64,000 bases of DNA from an uncultured delta proteobacterium. GTDB taxonomy: Bacteria > Myxococcota_A > Polyangia > Polyangiales > Houyiibacteriaceae. Position 1 is the first letter of the stretch. Each line of letters starts with the position of its first letter. The notes under the pieces are model-generated. The model searched no databases and was not told where the DNA came from. It saw only the letters and a list, made by a program, of their open reading frames with translations. Location: contig CAVQHC010000009.1 of the NCBI GenBank assembly GCA_963712235.1, positions 9,086 to 73,085 of the forward strand. Reading direction: 5' to 3'. A program made the translations under genes and the position numbers. Below are positions 1 to 10,444 of the stretch, piece by piece.

Positions 1-345
1 CCGGGCGACAACGCGGTGGGCGCAGGCCAGCCATTCGGGATTACCTGGTATTGGCGAGTCATGGGCAAAGCCCCCGCCGGGTACCAGGTCTTCGTCCACA
101 TCGATGGCTTCGGCCTGCGGCTCAACGGTGATCATGTGCCCGTTGGCGGTCGCTACCCAACCAAGCTCTGGGACGACGGAGACCTGATTTCAGATACCCA
201 AGAGCTCACCGTGCCTGCGAACTACCCCGTCGGCGACTACGCGATCTACGTGGGCTTGTTCAGCGGAAACACGCGCCTCGAGCTGAAGTCGGGCGCGAAC
301 GACGGAGAAAACCGGCTGAACGTCGGCACGCTGCGAGTTCGCTAG
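1..345 (+). CDS. C-terminal fragment of a hypothetical protein (5' end lies outside the window)
   Basis: Frame 1 is open from the window edge to the stop at 343-345 (track ORF 16..345). Third codon positions are GC-rich. No assignable motif. Confidence 0.45.
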   Translation, partial: PGDNAVGAGQPFGITWYWRVMGKAPAGYQVFVHIDGFGLRLNGDHVPVGGRYPTKLWDDGDLISDTQELTVPANYPVGDYAIYVGLFSGNTRLELKSGANDGENRLNVGTLRVR

Positions 346-353
346 GGCGGGGC

Positions 354-965
354 TCAGTCCGCGAACACCGAAGCAGCCAGATCGAGGCCGCCGGGGAAGG
401 CGCGCTCGGCTCGCTCTAGGTCCGGTGCGCGCGCCGGAGCCTTTTCGATGGTCCGAGAAGGGGGACCTTCGTATTCGACCGGGAGCGAAGGAGCAGCCCA
501 GCCGGCGACGGTCCGACCGGGATTGAGTGCTGGCTCGTAGGATTTCGCCACTCCGACGGGAACACCCGTCAGCGTGCGCTGATCCAGAATGAAGGCCTCC
601 TGTGCCCGGAGACCACGCATGCTGAGCGTCAGACGCCGGCGCTCGTCTCGCCGAAGCGCCTCGAATGCGACGCCCATGCCGACTGCGTTCCCATCCCCCG
701 GTCTTCGTTGAAACTCGACTCGCTGGACGCGGCCCGCGACGTAAAGCGGATCCTCCCAATCGGGAGGATAGAACGTCAGGGTCACCTGGCTACCGGGTTC
801 GAGAAGGAGATCGGTTTGAATCCAGAGACCTTCCTCGCTCACATCGGTAGCCCGATGCGCGATCGCCTCGCCCCAGAGCTCGGAGTAAACCTCGCACTCG
901 AGGTCGACGAGCCGTCGAACCGCGCTGCGCGCCTCGCGTTTGGCCCCAAACTGGCGAGCTGCCAT
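354..965 (-). CDS. PilZ domain protein (canonical c-di-GMP binding motifs)
   Basis: Track ORF 354..1493 trimmed to the ATG at 965; the upstream part is Arg-rich and overlaps the next gene. RSAVR (RxxxR) and DVSEEG (DxSxxG) motifs are present. Confidence 0.75.
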   Translation of the reverse strand: MAARQFGAKREARSAVRRLVDLECEVYSELWGEAIAHRATDVSEEGLWIQTDLLLEPGSQVTLTFYPPDWEDPLYVAGRVQRVEFQRRPGDGNAVGMGVAFEALRRDERRRLTLSMRGLRAQEAFILDQRTLTGVPVGVAKSYEPALNPGRTVAGWAAPSLPVEYEGPPSRTIEKAPARAPDLERAERAFPGGLDLAASVFAD

Positions 966-1003
966 AAGAAAGCTTGTATGCGAGCAGCGCCTCGCACGCC
1001 AAA

Positions 1004-1909
1004 TTACGGGTTGAGCTCGATGAGCTTGTCGGGTTCGAGCACGTAGCGAGTTTGATCCCAGCTTCCCGGTGTGGCCGTGGCCCCGCCCGCGCCGATCTCG
1101 TACATCCAAAGGCCCTCCCGACCCGCATGGGTGGTGCTGCCCGAGCAAAACAAGTCTAGCGGGGTCTCCGGGACTCGGATGTGATAGCGCCAGTGGATGT
1201 GGCCGTGCAGGATCGCACCGTTTCGCGCCGCAGCGCTGATCCCCAGAAGCTCGTCGGCGTTTTCGAGTCCGTGCGCCGGCCGGTCCGGCCGGCCGTTGGC
1301 GAGCCGCGGTGCGTAGTGGGTCGCGATCATCACGAAGGGCTCGAAGAGGCGCGGATCGTCCAAGATCCGCGCCAGCGCGTCGAGCTGATCGTCCGGAATG
1401 CGTCCGCTCGAATAGGTAGGCTTCGGGTTTGCCCGGGCGCTGTTGATTCCGATTAGCGCCAAGCCCTGTGCGGGAAACCAGACCTGCGGCCAAACACCGT
1501 CCACCGAATACTCCGGAAGCTCGGTCTTCATGAGCCCGCCGAAGTGCTGGTCGAACCAGCCTGCTTCGACCGTGTCGCGCAGATAGAGATCGTGATTGCC
1601 CGGAACCGTGAAAAAGCCAAGCGGTGCATGGGTCAGGGGCTCGATGATTTTTCGTGCGTAGGCGATCTCCGGCTCCGTCCCAAGTGCGGTGTAATCCCCC
1701 GTGCAGATCACCAGTTCGACGCCCTGCTCTTTGGAGAACCTTGCTAGCGCCTCGACCTTCTGCTCCGCGTCGGCGAAGACGCGCCGGCGCCTGAAGCTGA
1801 GATTTGCGAGGCCTACGATGCGCTTGTTCAAAAAGCTGCTCAACGGCACCCCCGGGAAGCCGTCCTCGAGGTGCAGATCGCTCACGTGCAGAACCTTAAT
1901 CACGGCCAT
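1004..1909 (-). CDS. Calcineurin-like metallophosphoesterase
   Basis: VLHVSDLHLED, TGDYT, GNHD and HGHIH motifs. Start taken at ATG 1909 (MAVIKVLHV), a 10-nt overlap with the argC stop. Confidence 0.8.
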   Translation of the reverse strand: MAVIKVLHVSDLHLEDGFPGVPLSSFLNKRIVGLANLSFRRRRVFADAEQKVEALARFSKEQGVELVICTGDYTALGTEPEIAYARKIIEPLTHAPLGFFTVPGNHDLYLRDTVEAGWFDQHFGGLMKTELPEYSVDGVWPQVWFPAQGLALIGINSARANPKPTYSSGRIPDDQLDALARILDDPRLFEPFVMIATHYAPRLANGRPDRPAHGLENADELLGISAAARNGAILHGHIHWRYHIRVPETPLDLFCSGSTTHAGREGLWMYEIGAGGATATPGSWDQTRYVLEPDKLIELNP

Positions 1910-2952
1910 TGCGCCGGTGCCTGCAATCCCGCCCCTTCGTCGAGGCCGAAACGGACGTTGAGGCACTGAATCGCCTGACCGGACGCGCCTTTGACGAGAT
2001 TGTCGATCGCACTCATCGCAATGATCGTACCGCCAGGGCGATCCTGGGCGTAGCCGAGGTGTACCCGGTTGGACCCCCGCACCCAGAGCGTGTCTGGGTG
2101 CAGGCCTTCGTCGAGGACCAGCACCGAAGGAGACCCGTCATAAAGCTCGCGGGCCGCCTCGATGCACTGAGCCGCCGTCAGGTTCGAATCCACAGGCTGC
2201 GCATAGCAGGTGGCAAGAATCCCCCGCGTCATCGGAAGCAGATGGGGAACGAACGCGATCCGAATCGGGGCTCCTGCGAGCCTACTCAGCTCCTGCTCTA
2301 TCTCAGGACCGTGCCGATGCGACCCAGCCTTATAGGCTCGGACGCCCTCCGCCGTTTCCGGAAAATGGGTCGCGCTCGAAACGCCGCGCCCGGCGCCCGA
2401 TACACCACTTTTGGCGTCCACCACGATTGCTTCTGAACGGATGAGACCGTTCTTTACCAGGGGCGCGAGCGCAAGCGTCGAGGCGGTTGGGTAGCATCCC
2501 GGCACCGCGACGAGATCGGCGTCACGGAGATCGTCCCTGTGCAGCTCGACCAGGCCATACACCGCTTCGGACAAGCGCTCTGGCACAGGATGCTTGCCGT
2601 ACCAGGTCTCGTAGACCGAGAGATCTTCGAATCGGAAGTCGGCCGACAAGTCGAACACTTTTTGGCCTCGTTGCCGCAATGCGCTGACGGCCTTGGCACT
2701 GGCCGCATGAGGTAGGGCGCAAAACGCGACATCGGCCTGTTCGGCGATCGCGTCCGGATCGAAGGGCTGCACGTGGCCCTGCACGATGCCCCGAAGGCTC
2801 GGCAAGACTTCCGCGACCGGTTTGCCGGCGCTGGCGTTGCCCACGATCGAAGCCAGCTCCAGCGATGGGTGAGCCAGGACCAGACGCACGAGCTCCGCCC
2901 CGGTGTAGCCGGTTCCTCCAACGACGGTGGCGCGTATGGGCTTCGGGGTCAT
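1900..2952 (-). CDS. argC: N-acetyl-gamma-glutamyl-phosphate reductase
   Basis: VVGGTGYTGAELVRL NAD-binding N-terminus and PGCYPTA catalytic Cys motif. 350 aa, full length. Confidence 0.95.
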   Translation of the reverse strand: MTPKPIRATVVGGTGYTGAELVRLVLAHPSLELASIVGNASAGKPVAEVLPSLRGIVQGHVQPFDPDAIAEQADVAFCALPHAASAKAVSALRQRGQKVFDLSADFRFEDLSVYETWYGKHPVPERLSEAVYGLVELHRDDLRDADLVAVPGCYPTASTLALAPLVKNGLIRSEAIVVDAKSGVSGAGRGVSSATHFPETAEGVRAYKAGSHRHGPEIEQELSRLAGAPIRIAFVPHLLPMTRGILATCYAQPVDSNLTAAQCIEAARELYDGSPSVLVLDEGLHPDTLWVRGSNRVHLGYAQDRPGGTIIAMSAIDNLVKGASGQAIQCLNVRFGLDEGAGLQAPAQWP

Positions 2953-3003
2953 CTGCTCAACTCCATCCTGATACTGACATGTCCGTTGTCTACGGCATTA
3001 AGC

Positions 3004-3036
3004 AAAAAAGCCGCGGCACTGAAGGCGCCGCGGCTT
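3004..3036 (-). terminator. Rho-independent terminator downstream of rpsI
   Basis: The minus strand reads AAGCCGCGGC-gccttcagt-GCCGCGGCTT followed by a T run (TTTTTT). It begins about 20 nt after the rpsI stop. Confidence 0.7.
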
Positions 3037-3056
3037 GAGATTGAGATCCGAAGTAC

Positions 3057-3467
3057 TCAGCGCTTGGAGTACTGGAACTTCTTGCGGGCGCCGGGCTGGC
3101 CTGGCTTTTTGCGCTCCTTCTTGCGAGCGTCGCGGGTCATGTAGCCAGCCTTCTTTAGGACCGGCTTGTTGTCTTCGTCCATTCCGACGAGCGCTCGGGC
3201 GATACCGTGCCGAACGGCCTCGGCCTGCGAAGAGACGCCCCCACCGGAGACGTTGACCTGCACGTCGAACTGGCCCTGCTTGGACAGGGCAGCAAAAGGT
3301 TGCATCGCAATGATCCGGAGGATCTCGCGGGGGAAGTAGTCTTCGAACGTGCGTCCGTTGACGGTCACGTTGCCGCTGCCCGCACTGAGGAAGACGCGCG
3401 CAATCGCGTTTTTTCGCTTCCCCGTGCCGTAGTTGCGTCCGTCTATGACTTTAGCGTGTGTCATCAA
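3057..3467 (-). CDS. rpsI: 30S ribosomal protein S9
   Basis: GGGVSSQAEAVRHGIARAL core and C-terminal ...RKKFQYSKR. 136 aa, directly downstream of rplM. Confidence 0.97.
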   Translation of the reverse strand: MMTHAKVIDGRNYGTGKRKNAIARVFLSAGSGNVTVNGRTFEDYFPREILRIIAMQPFAALSKQGQFDVQVNVSGGGVSSQAEAVRHGIARALVGMDEDNKPVLKKAGYMTRDARKKERKKPGQPGARKKFQYSKR

Positions 3468-3482
3468 CCAATACTCTCGAGA

Positions 3483-3911
3483 TCAAAGGGGAAAGGGCTC
3501 GGGCTGCTGGGCCACATGAGGATGCGTGCCTTCGGCGTGGACCTTCAGCTTGCGAAACATCTGACGGCCTAGGCTGTTCTTCGGAAGCATGCCTTTGACG
3601 GCACGTTCGACCACGAAGGCCGGTTTGCGTTGAAGCAGGTCACCGTAACTCTCGGAGGTGAGGCCGCCTGGGTAACCGGAATGACGCTGGTAGAGCTTGT
3701 TCGCGAGCTTGTTGCCCGTGAGACGGACCTGGGCAGCGTTGATCACGATCACGAAGTCGCCTGTGTCGACGTGCGGCGTGTACTCCGGACGGTGCTTGCC
3801 GCGAAGAACATGGGCCACCTTGGACGCAAGACGGCCAAGCGGTTGGCCCGCTGCATCGACGACATACCATCTGCGATCGATTTCAGACGCTTTGGCACTC
3901 TGAGTAGCCAT
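3483..3911 (-). CDS. rplM: 50S ribosomal protein L13
   Basis: [42 protein letters not shown] signature. 142 aa. Confidence 0.97.
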   Translation of the reverse strand: MATQSAKASEIDRRWYVVDAAGQPLGRLASKVAHVLRGKHRPEYTPHVDTGDFVIVINAAQVRLTGNKLANKLYQRHSGYPGGLTSESYGDLLQRKPAFVVERAVKGMLPKNSLGRQMFRKLKVHAEGTHPHVAQQPEPFPL

Positions 3912-4076
3912 GAGATTCGCTCCTAAGACCCTGTTTAGGGGCGCGTTTCCTAGCCGCCGGTCTAGCTGGTGTCAAGCGGGCTGAGCGAGAGAACCGTCGG
4001 CCGAAACCCTGGGTTTTCGAGCCCTCGCCAATCGACTGCCCACCCTCGGCGCGAAATGGGTTAGAACGGGTAAGAG

Positions 4077-4649
4077 GTGAGAATTCTTATTCAATCGGCT
4101 GGGGCACCGAGGGCCTGCGCCCTGTCGACATCGATGCCATGCATCATGATCGCGGCCGTGCTTCTGTTTGCAGCGGGAGGGGCCAAAGCCCAATCGGGCG
4201 CGATCCTATGCTCGGTCACGGAGAATGGCGCGCCTGCCCGCGGCACGGTTTCGGTGACGCAAGATGGCAAAGAGCTCGGCGCAGGCTCCTGCGGAACCAG
4301 CCTTCCGGTGCCCGCCGGAAAGTGCAAGGTCACCGTGAGGTTGGACGGCGCACTCGACAACCCATCCAAGGTCGTCGACGCAGAGGTCAAGCCAGGACAA
4401 ACCGCATCGGTCACCGTCGACTTCCAAACCGGGGTGCTCGAAGTTCGAATCGAAAGCAAAGTGCAAAGCGGGACCGGACTCGTCACGGTCAACCGCGGCA
4501 CCCAACGCATTGGCACCCTCGGCAGCGGTGTCACCGCGCGTCTGAGCGCGGGAAAGTACCAGGTCGTCGTCCGGCTTGGGGGCCAGGAGCGCCGCTACGA
4601 GGTCGATCTGCGCCCTGGGCAACGACGCCTCGTTCGCGCGCAGTTCTAA
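4077..4649 (+). CDS. Secreted hypothetical protein with two beta-sandwich-like repeats
   Basis: Hydrophobic signal-like N-terminus (IMIAAVLLFAAGGAKAQ). Repeated G..V.V/K..V.V modules. The start could instead be ATG 4134. Confidence 0.55.
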   Translation: MRILIQSAGAPRACALSTSMPCIMIAAVLLFAAGGAKAQSGAILCSVTENGAPARGTVSVTQDGKELGAGSCGTSLPVPAGKCKVTVRLDGALDNPSKVVDAEVKPGQTASVTVDFQTGVLEVRIESKVQSGTGLVTVNRGTQRIGTLGSGVTARLSAGKYQVVVRLGGQERRYEVDLRPGQRRLVRAQF

Positions 4650-4734
4650 ATCGCCTTCCGACAAAAAGGCGGAATACGAACGAAACTACGTATACTCGAC
4701 CCGATCTCGCACACTGCTAGGGTCCTACTCAGCG

Positions 4735-7320
4735 ATGACCAATCTGCCGGAGCTCGCGCGGCGGTCACCGACGCCAGCGCCTTATTCGCCCAACGCGATC
4801 CTTCGATGGCTCTACCGGCGCTTCTTCGCACACATCCGAGTCGACGAAAACTGGAGCCGGGGCGTGCGAGAGGCCGCGAGCCAGGGGGTCGTCGTCTACG
4901 TAATGCGATCGCTCTCGTTCCTAGACTTTCTGTGTCTCGACTTCCTCTTGAAGAAGTTCGGTTTACCTTTGGTTCGATTCGTCAATGACCTCGGCCTTTG
5001 GATCCTCGAGCCCTTTGGCAAAGGTGAGCGCCGGCTGAGTCTCAGGCGACAGATTCCCGAAGCGCAGGCGCTGGAGCAAACCGTTGGTGATGGGTACAGC
5101 GCGCTGCTCTTCCTGAGACGGCCACCGAAGTTTGGCAGCCAGACTCGCCGTGGCCGTGAGCTCGAAGTCGATCTCATCGAAACGCTCGTGGCAAAACAGC
5201 GAACCAACCCGCAACCGATCCTTTTGGTCCCGCAGACGTTCGTCTGGAGCAAACAGGCCGGGACCGCGAGCCCGAGCCTGCTCGATCTGCTGTTTGGACC
5301 CGTGCAGTGGCCGGGCCGGGTCCGTGTGTTCTGTCAATTTCTGCTGAACTACCGGGACGCCAAGCTGCGTTCGGGCGAGCCTTTCAACCTTCAAGACTTC
5401 CTCGAGAAGAATCCCGGGCTGACGGACACCGAAGCGGCCGACAAGATCCGCTACGCCCTACTCCGGCGGATGGAGCGCGACCGGGCCGTCATCATCGGCC
5501 CGATGAAAAAGACGACCGCTCGCATGCAGGACGAGCTCTTGCGGAGCCCGCGGGTACGGACCCACATCGAGCAATATGCCTTAGAAAAGGGGATTTCATA
5601 CGCCAAGGCCGAAAGCATCGCCCACAAACAGCTCCGCAAGCTCTGCGCCAAGCAGAGCTTGTTCGTCGTCGACGTGATGCATCGGTTCCTCACCTGGGTG
5701 TGGTCGAAAATGTACGACGGCGTCGTCATCGACAAAGAAGGCGTCGAGCGCGTCCGTGAAGCCGCCCGTGATGCCTCTCTCGTTCTTCTGCCCAGCCACA
5801 AGAGCCACATCGACTACCTCGTCCTGAGCGACATGCTCTACGGCAACGCGCTCATGCCCCCGTTGATCGCGGCCGGAGAGAACTTGAGCTTCTGGCCGAT
5901 CGGCGTTCTTTTGCGCCGCGGCGGCGCCTTCTTCATTCGCCGAAGCTTTCAAGACGATTCGCTGTACCCCGCGCTCGTCGAAGCCTACATGCGAAAACTG
6001 ATCGCCGAAGGCTTCACTCTCGAGTTCTTCCTCGAGGGCGGCCGGTCGCGGACCGGCAAGGCCCTTCCTCCGAAGTACGGCCTGCTGTCGATGGTCTTCG
6101 ACTCGGCGTCGAAGCTTCGCGGCACCAAAGTCAAGCTGGTTCCAATTTCAATTGGCTATGAGCGCATCATCGAGGAGCGATCTTTCGTCCACGAGCTCTC
6201 GGGCGGTGACAAGCAATCGGAAAACGTCGGAGACCTGATCAAAAGCTCGAGCATCCTCCGTTCGAAATGGGGCCGGCTCTACGTTCAGTTCGGCGAAATC
6301 ATCGACTTCGACGAATTCACCGAAACCTTGGCGAAGCGGGCGGACGGCGGACTGCCGAAAGCCGGCGCCACGACGGCCGACCAGACGCGGAACGCCGTGC
6401 GCGCCCTGGCACACAAGGTGATGTACTCGATCAACGAGGTGACCGTAGTGACGCCGGCGGCACTCGTAGCCACGGCGCTGCTGAGTCATCAGAAACGCGG
6501 CATGACGCGAGCCTCGCTACTCAGCGCTTGCCAAGACCTGCTTGCCACGCTCGATGTGATGGACGCTCGAATCGCCCATCAGCTACGCATCGGAGATGAG
6601 CGCATTCGCGAAGACACAATCGACGAAGCGCTGCACTTGTTTCTGGACGCGCGGCTCATCGTTGCGCACGACACGGGTCCCGAGCCGATCTACACGATCG
6701 ATTCAGAGCGCCGAATCGCCCTCGAGTATTACCAGAATACGATCATTCACTTCTTCGTGCCGCGCGCCCTGATCGCGGCCGGACTGCTGGTGGACACGGA
6801 TCAAAGGGTCGACATCGCGCGCCTCAACGACCGCGTTCAGCAGCTCTCACGAGTGTTCAAGCACGAGTTCATCTACCGAACCGATGCCACGTTTGACCAA
6901 ATTTTCGAAGATGCGCTTCGCGAAATGGTGGAGGCTGGCGAGATCGAGATTCGAGAGGGCTATGCGCAAGCAACCGAGGGCGCGATGAGGCATCGGCTCG
7001 AGCGGTACGCCGTCATGCTCCAAACCTTCTTCGAAAGTTATTTACTCGCGCTGCGCGGCGCCGAGATCGTCCTCGATGGGCCGATACCAAAGAAGGATTG
7101 GTACAAGCGCACGCTCGCGCTCGGGCAACAGATGTACCTCGCGGGCGAGATTGAGCGCCGCGAGTCCTTGTCCAAGCTCAAGCTCGAAACGGCGCTCAAG
7201 GCGCTCGAAGACTACAAGCTCGTTCGGCTGAGCGGCGACATCCTCGAACGCGGCGAGGGCGTCGAAGGCGTGAGCGACCTTCATGCGCTAGAGCCGAAGC
7301 TCACCGGTTTTCTTCGCTGA
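4735..7320 (+). CDS. plsB: Glycerol-3-phosphate acyltransferase
   Basis: SHKSHID (HX4D) and GGAFFIRR motifs. 861 aa from ATG 4735 (the track ORF starts upstream at 4576). Confidence 0.9.
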   Translation: MTNLPELARRSPTPAPYSPNAILRWLYRRFFAHIRVDENWSRGVREAASQGVVVYVMRSLSFLDFLCLDFLLKKFGLPLVRFVNDLGLWILEPFGKGERRLSLRRQIPEAQALEQTVGDGYSALLFLRRPPKFGSQTRRGRELEVDLIETLVAKQRTNPQPILLVPQTFVWSKQAGTASPSLLDLLFGPVQWPGRVRVFCQFLLNYRDAKLRSGEPFNLQDFLEKNPGLTDTEAADKIRYALLRRMERDRAVIIGPMKKTTARMQDELLRSPRVRTHIEQYALEKGISYAKAESIAHKQLRKLCAKQSLFVVDVMHRFLTWVWSKMYDGVVIDKEGVERVREAARDASLVLLPSHKSHIDYLVLSDMLYGNALMPPLIAAGENLSFWPIGVLLRRGGAFFIRRSFQDDSLYPALVEAYMRKLIAEGFTLEFFLEGGRSRTGKALPPKYGLLSMVFDSASKLRGTKVKLVPISIGYERIIEERSFVHELSGGDKQSENVGDLIKSSSILRSKWGRLYVQFGEIIDFDEFTETLAKRADGGLPKAGATTADQTRNAVRALAHKVMYSINEVTVVTPAALVATALLSHQKRGMTRASLLSACQDLLATLDVMDARIAHQLRIGDERIREDTIDEALHLFLDARLIVAHDTGPEPIYTIDSERRIALEYYQNTIIHFFVPRALIAAGLLVDTDQRVDIARLNDRVQQLSRVFKHEFIYRTDATFDQIFEDALREMVEAGEIEIREGYAQATEGAMRHRLERYAVMLQTFFESYLLALRGAEIVLDGPIPKKDWYKRTLALGQQMYLAGEIERRESLSKLKLETALKALEDYKLVRLSGDILERGEGVEGVSDLHALEPKLTGFLR

Positions 7321-8202
7321 ACGACTCGAACGGCTCTTCTTCCAGACGCTGCAGACGTCCCGGAGAACACACCGCTCGCATTTGATCAAGTCTCGCCGGC
7401 TCGGGCAGTCCCGCGAGACGCCCAGGTGGCAGAGCGCGAAATCGTATTTGACGGGATCCGCCGAATCGAACTTTCGCAGCGCGGCCGTGATTTCTTCGGC
7501 GGTCGCCCAACTGGCGGTGCGGCGATTGGTCAGACCGAGGTTGAGGCTGATCCGGTGGATGTGCGTGTCGACGGGAATCAGGAGTACCGAAGGGGAGATC
7601 GGCCAAAGGCCGAGGTCGACTCCATCGGCCGGGCGAATCATCCAGCGGGCATAGAGCACGAGGCGCTTGCAGGCGCTGCCAGCCCGGGGGTCACTGATGA
7701 GATGACGCAAGCTACGGCTTCGAGTGTCGCCCCGAAGCGCATCGGCGAAACGGGCCAGACTTTCGCGAAAATCTCCATCGCTCGCCCGGTGAAACTCTGC
7801 AAAGGCATTGCCGAGGCTTTCCTGGTCGCGCAGCAACGCGCCTGCACGCGCCAGCATCGAGGCGAGGTGCTCACCGCGATAGATGCGGTGCGCGAACCCC
7901 TGAAGCCGATCGCGAAGCTCCGCCTCATTGGAGCTCGTGACGATTCGCGACGGTTCCGGGCCGAGAGCCGTCAGCACTCGATCAATGCTTCGCCGGGCGG
8001 ACACGGCGTTTCCAAAGGCTAGGCTTGCCGAGATGAGACCGACGATCTCCTGGTCGCGAGAGCCATGATAGCGATGGACGAAATCGACTGGGTCGCGCCG
8101 GCGTGTAGACTCCGCGTCGCAGCCAGCGAGCAGTCCGTCGAGGCGTTCTTGGATGCGGTCCACTTCGCTCAGGTTCTTGCTATATTGCCGAGCCAGCTGC
8201 AA
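7288..8202 (-). CDS. TIGR02757/DUF2400 family protein
   Basis: N-terminal DPV.FVHRY....D.EI.GLI.ASLAFGN pattern as I recall for this family, plus a Cys-rich C-terminus. The family assignment is from memory. Confidence 0.65.
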   Translation of the reverse strand: MQLARQYSKNLSEVDRIQERLDGLLAGCDAESTRRRDPVDFVHRYHGSRDQEIVGLISASLAFGNAVSARRSIDRVLTALGPEPSRIVTSSNEAELRDRLQGFAHRIYRGEHLASMLARAGALLRDQESLGNAFAEFHRASDGDFRESLARFADALRGDTRSRSLRHLISDPRAGSACKRLVLYARWMIRPADGVDLGLWPISPSVLLIPVDTHIHRISLNLGLTNRRTASWATAEEITAALRKFDSADPVKYDFALCHLGVSRDCPSRRDLIKCERCVLRDVCSVWKKSRSSRSAKKTGELRL

Positions 8203-8747
8203 TGACCACGAACCGTCGTCCCAAACGCGCCCTGTGCCTCATCACGATCTTCGTCGTGATCGCCTCGGGTTGCGCGCGCGATCCAAGCAGCGCTCGGGCG
8301 ACCACACCGGGACCGCGGTTGGGTCCCAGGCTCGACCTCAGCCTGCGTTTGACCGACGGCCGCTGGGTCGAGCTAGCCGAGCTTCGTGGCACCCCGGTGC
8401 TTCTCTTCGTGTTCGCGACCTTTGACGCGGTCAGTCAGGCATCGCTCAAGTCGCTTCGACCCTTCGTGCCGCAGCATCCAGAGCTGGTCGTAATCGGGGT
8501 CGCGGCGCAGCCGAGAGCTGGCCAACTCGTCGAAGCGTGGGACTACGCGCTCGATCCACCCTTCGCTCTCGGTACCAATCCGTACGGGCTCGTCGAAAAC
8601 GGAGAGAGCATGCTCGGAAAGATTCAGGCTGTGCCGACGTACATCCTCTATGATGCCAGCGGGTACGAAATCGCTCGAACGACGGGCTTACTGAGTGAAG
8701 CAGATCTCGCTCAACTCGTGAAACCCGTGTCCCGAACAATCGACTAG
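8202..8747 (+). CDS. Thioredoxin-fold (TlpA/redoxin-like) lipoprotein lacking CxxC
   Basis: Lipobox VIASGC. Redoxin-like L.G.PVLLFVFATF... segment in which FDAVS replaces the CxxC motif. Confidence 0.6.
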   Translation: MTTNRRPKRALCLITIFVVIASGCARDPSSARATTPGPRLGPRLDLSLRLTDGRWVELAELRGTPVLLFVFATFDAVSQASLKSLRPFVPQHPELVVIGVAAQPRAGQLVEAWDYALDPPFALGTNPYGLVENGESMLGKIQAVPTYILYDASGYEIARTTGLLSEADLAQLVKPVSRTID

Positions 8748-10444
8748 ATGAGCCCTTGGTCTTTCCACAGAGTGCCTAGCGAGGGCCCGAGACCGTCGAG
8801 CAGCAGCTGTCGAACCGCGTCGGCGGAAACGCATCCGAGGGCGTCGTGCGCAACCTGTGCGGCCGCCTCGAGATCGAGATTGCGAATCACTGCACGCGCA
8901 AGCGGCACGACGCTGACCGGCACCGAGACCTGGCGGTAGCCTAGTCCCAACGCCAAGCCTAACGAAACGGGATCGGCGGCCATGCCGCCGCACATCGAAC
9001 AAGGAATTCCCGCTTCGCGCGCGGCAGCGATGGTACGTTCGAGAAGCGCTAGAACGGCGGGGTCCAGCGGCCCGGCAGCAGGGCGCCCGCCGTGCCGATC
9101 GACAGCTAAGACGTGGTGCGCCAGGTCGTTGGTGCCCACTGCGAAGAAGTCTGCATGCTCTGCGAAGCGATCCGCCAGCAACGCCGCCGATGGCACTTCG
9201 ACCATCATCCCCACCGGCAGAGGCGGGAGTCTGGCGGTTTGATCGAGCAGCATCACTCTGCATTCGTCTACCAGAGCGCGCGCCTCACGGAACTCGGTCA
9301 GGGTTGCGATCATCGGGAACATGAGCGCAACCGGACCCTCCGCGCTCGCACGCAGCACCGCCTTGATTTGGGTCTTCAGCCACGCTTCTTCGCGCCCCGA
9401 AACGCCGTCGAGCTTCATACGCTTGTCTCCCCGCCAATCGAAGGTACGGAACACGACTCGCTTCGGAGCCATCGCTCGGATGACCCTGCGGTACAACTCG
9501 AGCTGATCGTCCTCGGATGGTGGCTCACGCCGGTCGAGGCACATGAACTCGGTCCGGTAGAGGCCGATGCCGTCGGCCGCGTTTTCGACCGCGGTCTCGA
9601 CCTCGGTCGGCAGCTCGATGTTGGCTGTGATCGATACTGACACGCCATCGCGGGTGACCGCGCTCGTCGAACGCTCGGCCTTCAGGAACGCGGCGAACCG
9701 GTCTCGCCGCCGCTCTGCCGCTCGTCTTTCGTCCGGAGACGCGCCCAGCGTGACCTCGCCAGAAAAACCATCGACCAGGACCAGGTCGCCATCCTCAATC
9801 TCGCTTGGCATCGGACCCAGGCCGACGACAGCCGCCACGCCGAAGGTGCGCGCGAGTATCGCGGTATGGCTGCTGCCGCCACCCTGCTCTGTCACGAGCC
9901 CCACCGTAGGCGGCGCCAAGACGTGGACCGCATCGGCTGGAGTCAGGTCGCGCGCGATCACGACCGTCGGACCATCGACGGGCGATTCGCGTCGCTCCTC
10001 GCCACGCAGGTTACGGAGCAAGTGCTCTTTGACGTGTTCGATATCGCTCGCGCGTTCTTGGAAATACGAGGAAGCGTCTTCGAGAAGCGGCTTTTTGAGT
10101 CGGTCGGTAACTTCCGACACAGCCCACTCCGCATTGACTCTCTCGTCGACAATCATGTTCGAAATCGCATCGATGAGGAGCGCATCGCCGTGCATCAGGA
10201 GGTAGACGTCGAGGATCGGTGCATAGGTGGGACCATGCTTTTGCGTGAGCTTCTGCTTGGCCGCTTCGATCTCGGCGCGCGAGCTCGATACGGCCGTGGC
10301 AAATCGCGCGAGCTCGGCGGAAACGGCTGCCTGCTCGATGTGTCGCCGGGGGCGACGGCGATGTTCCCGTCCGATCAGCCGGGCCCGGCCTACGGCCACG
10401 CCGATGGACGCTGCGATTCCCCTGAGGCGCGATGGCTGACTCAC
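8744..10444 (-). CDS. ptsI: Phosphoenolpyruvate-protein phosphotransferase (PTS enzyme I)
   Basis: GGGSSHTAILAR phosphohistidine motif and a PEP-utilising C-terminal barrel. The GTG at 10444 overlaps the ptsH stop (GTGA); the longest ORF start is 10480. Confidence 0.9.
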   Translation of the reverse strand: MSQPSRLRGIAASIGVAVGRARLIGREHRRRPRRHIEQAAVSAELARFATAVSSSRAEIEAAKQKLTQKHGPTYAPILDVYLLMHGDALLIDAISNMIVDERVNAEWAVSEVTDRLKKPLLEDASSYFQERASDIEHVKEHLLRNLRGEERRESPVDGPTVVIARDLTPADAVHVLAPPTVGLVTEQGGGSSHTAILARTFGVAAVVGLGPMPSEIEDGDLVLVDGFSGEVTLGASPDERRAAERRRDRFAAFLKAERSTSAVTRDGVSVSITANIELPTEVETAVENAADGIGLYRTEFMCLDRREPPSEDDQLELYRRVIRAMAPKRVVFRTFDWRGDKRMKLDGVSGREEAWLKTQIKAVLRASAEGPVALMFPMIATLTEFREARALVDECRVMLLDQTARLPPLPVGMMVEVPSAALLADRFAEHADFFAVGTNDLAHHVLAVDRHGGRPAAGPLDPAVLALLERTIAAAREAGIPCSMCGGMAADPVSLGLALGLGYRQVSVPVSVVPLARAVIRNLDLEAAAQVAHDALGCVSADAVRQLLLDGLGPSLGTLWKDQGLI

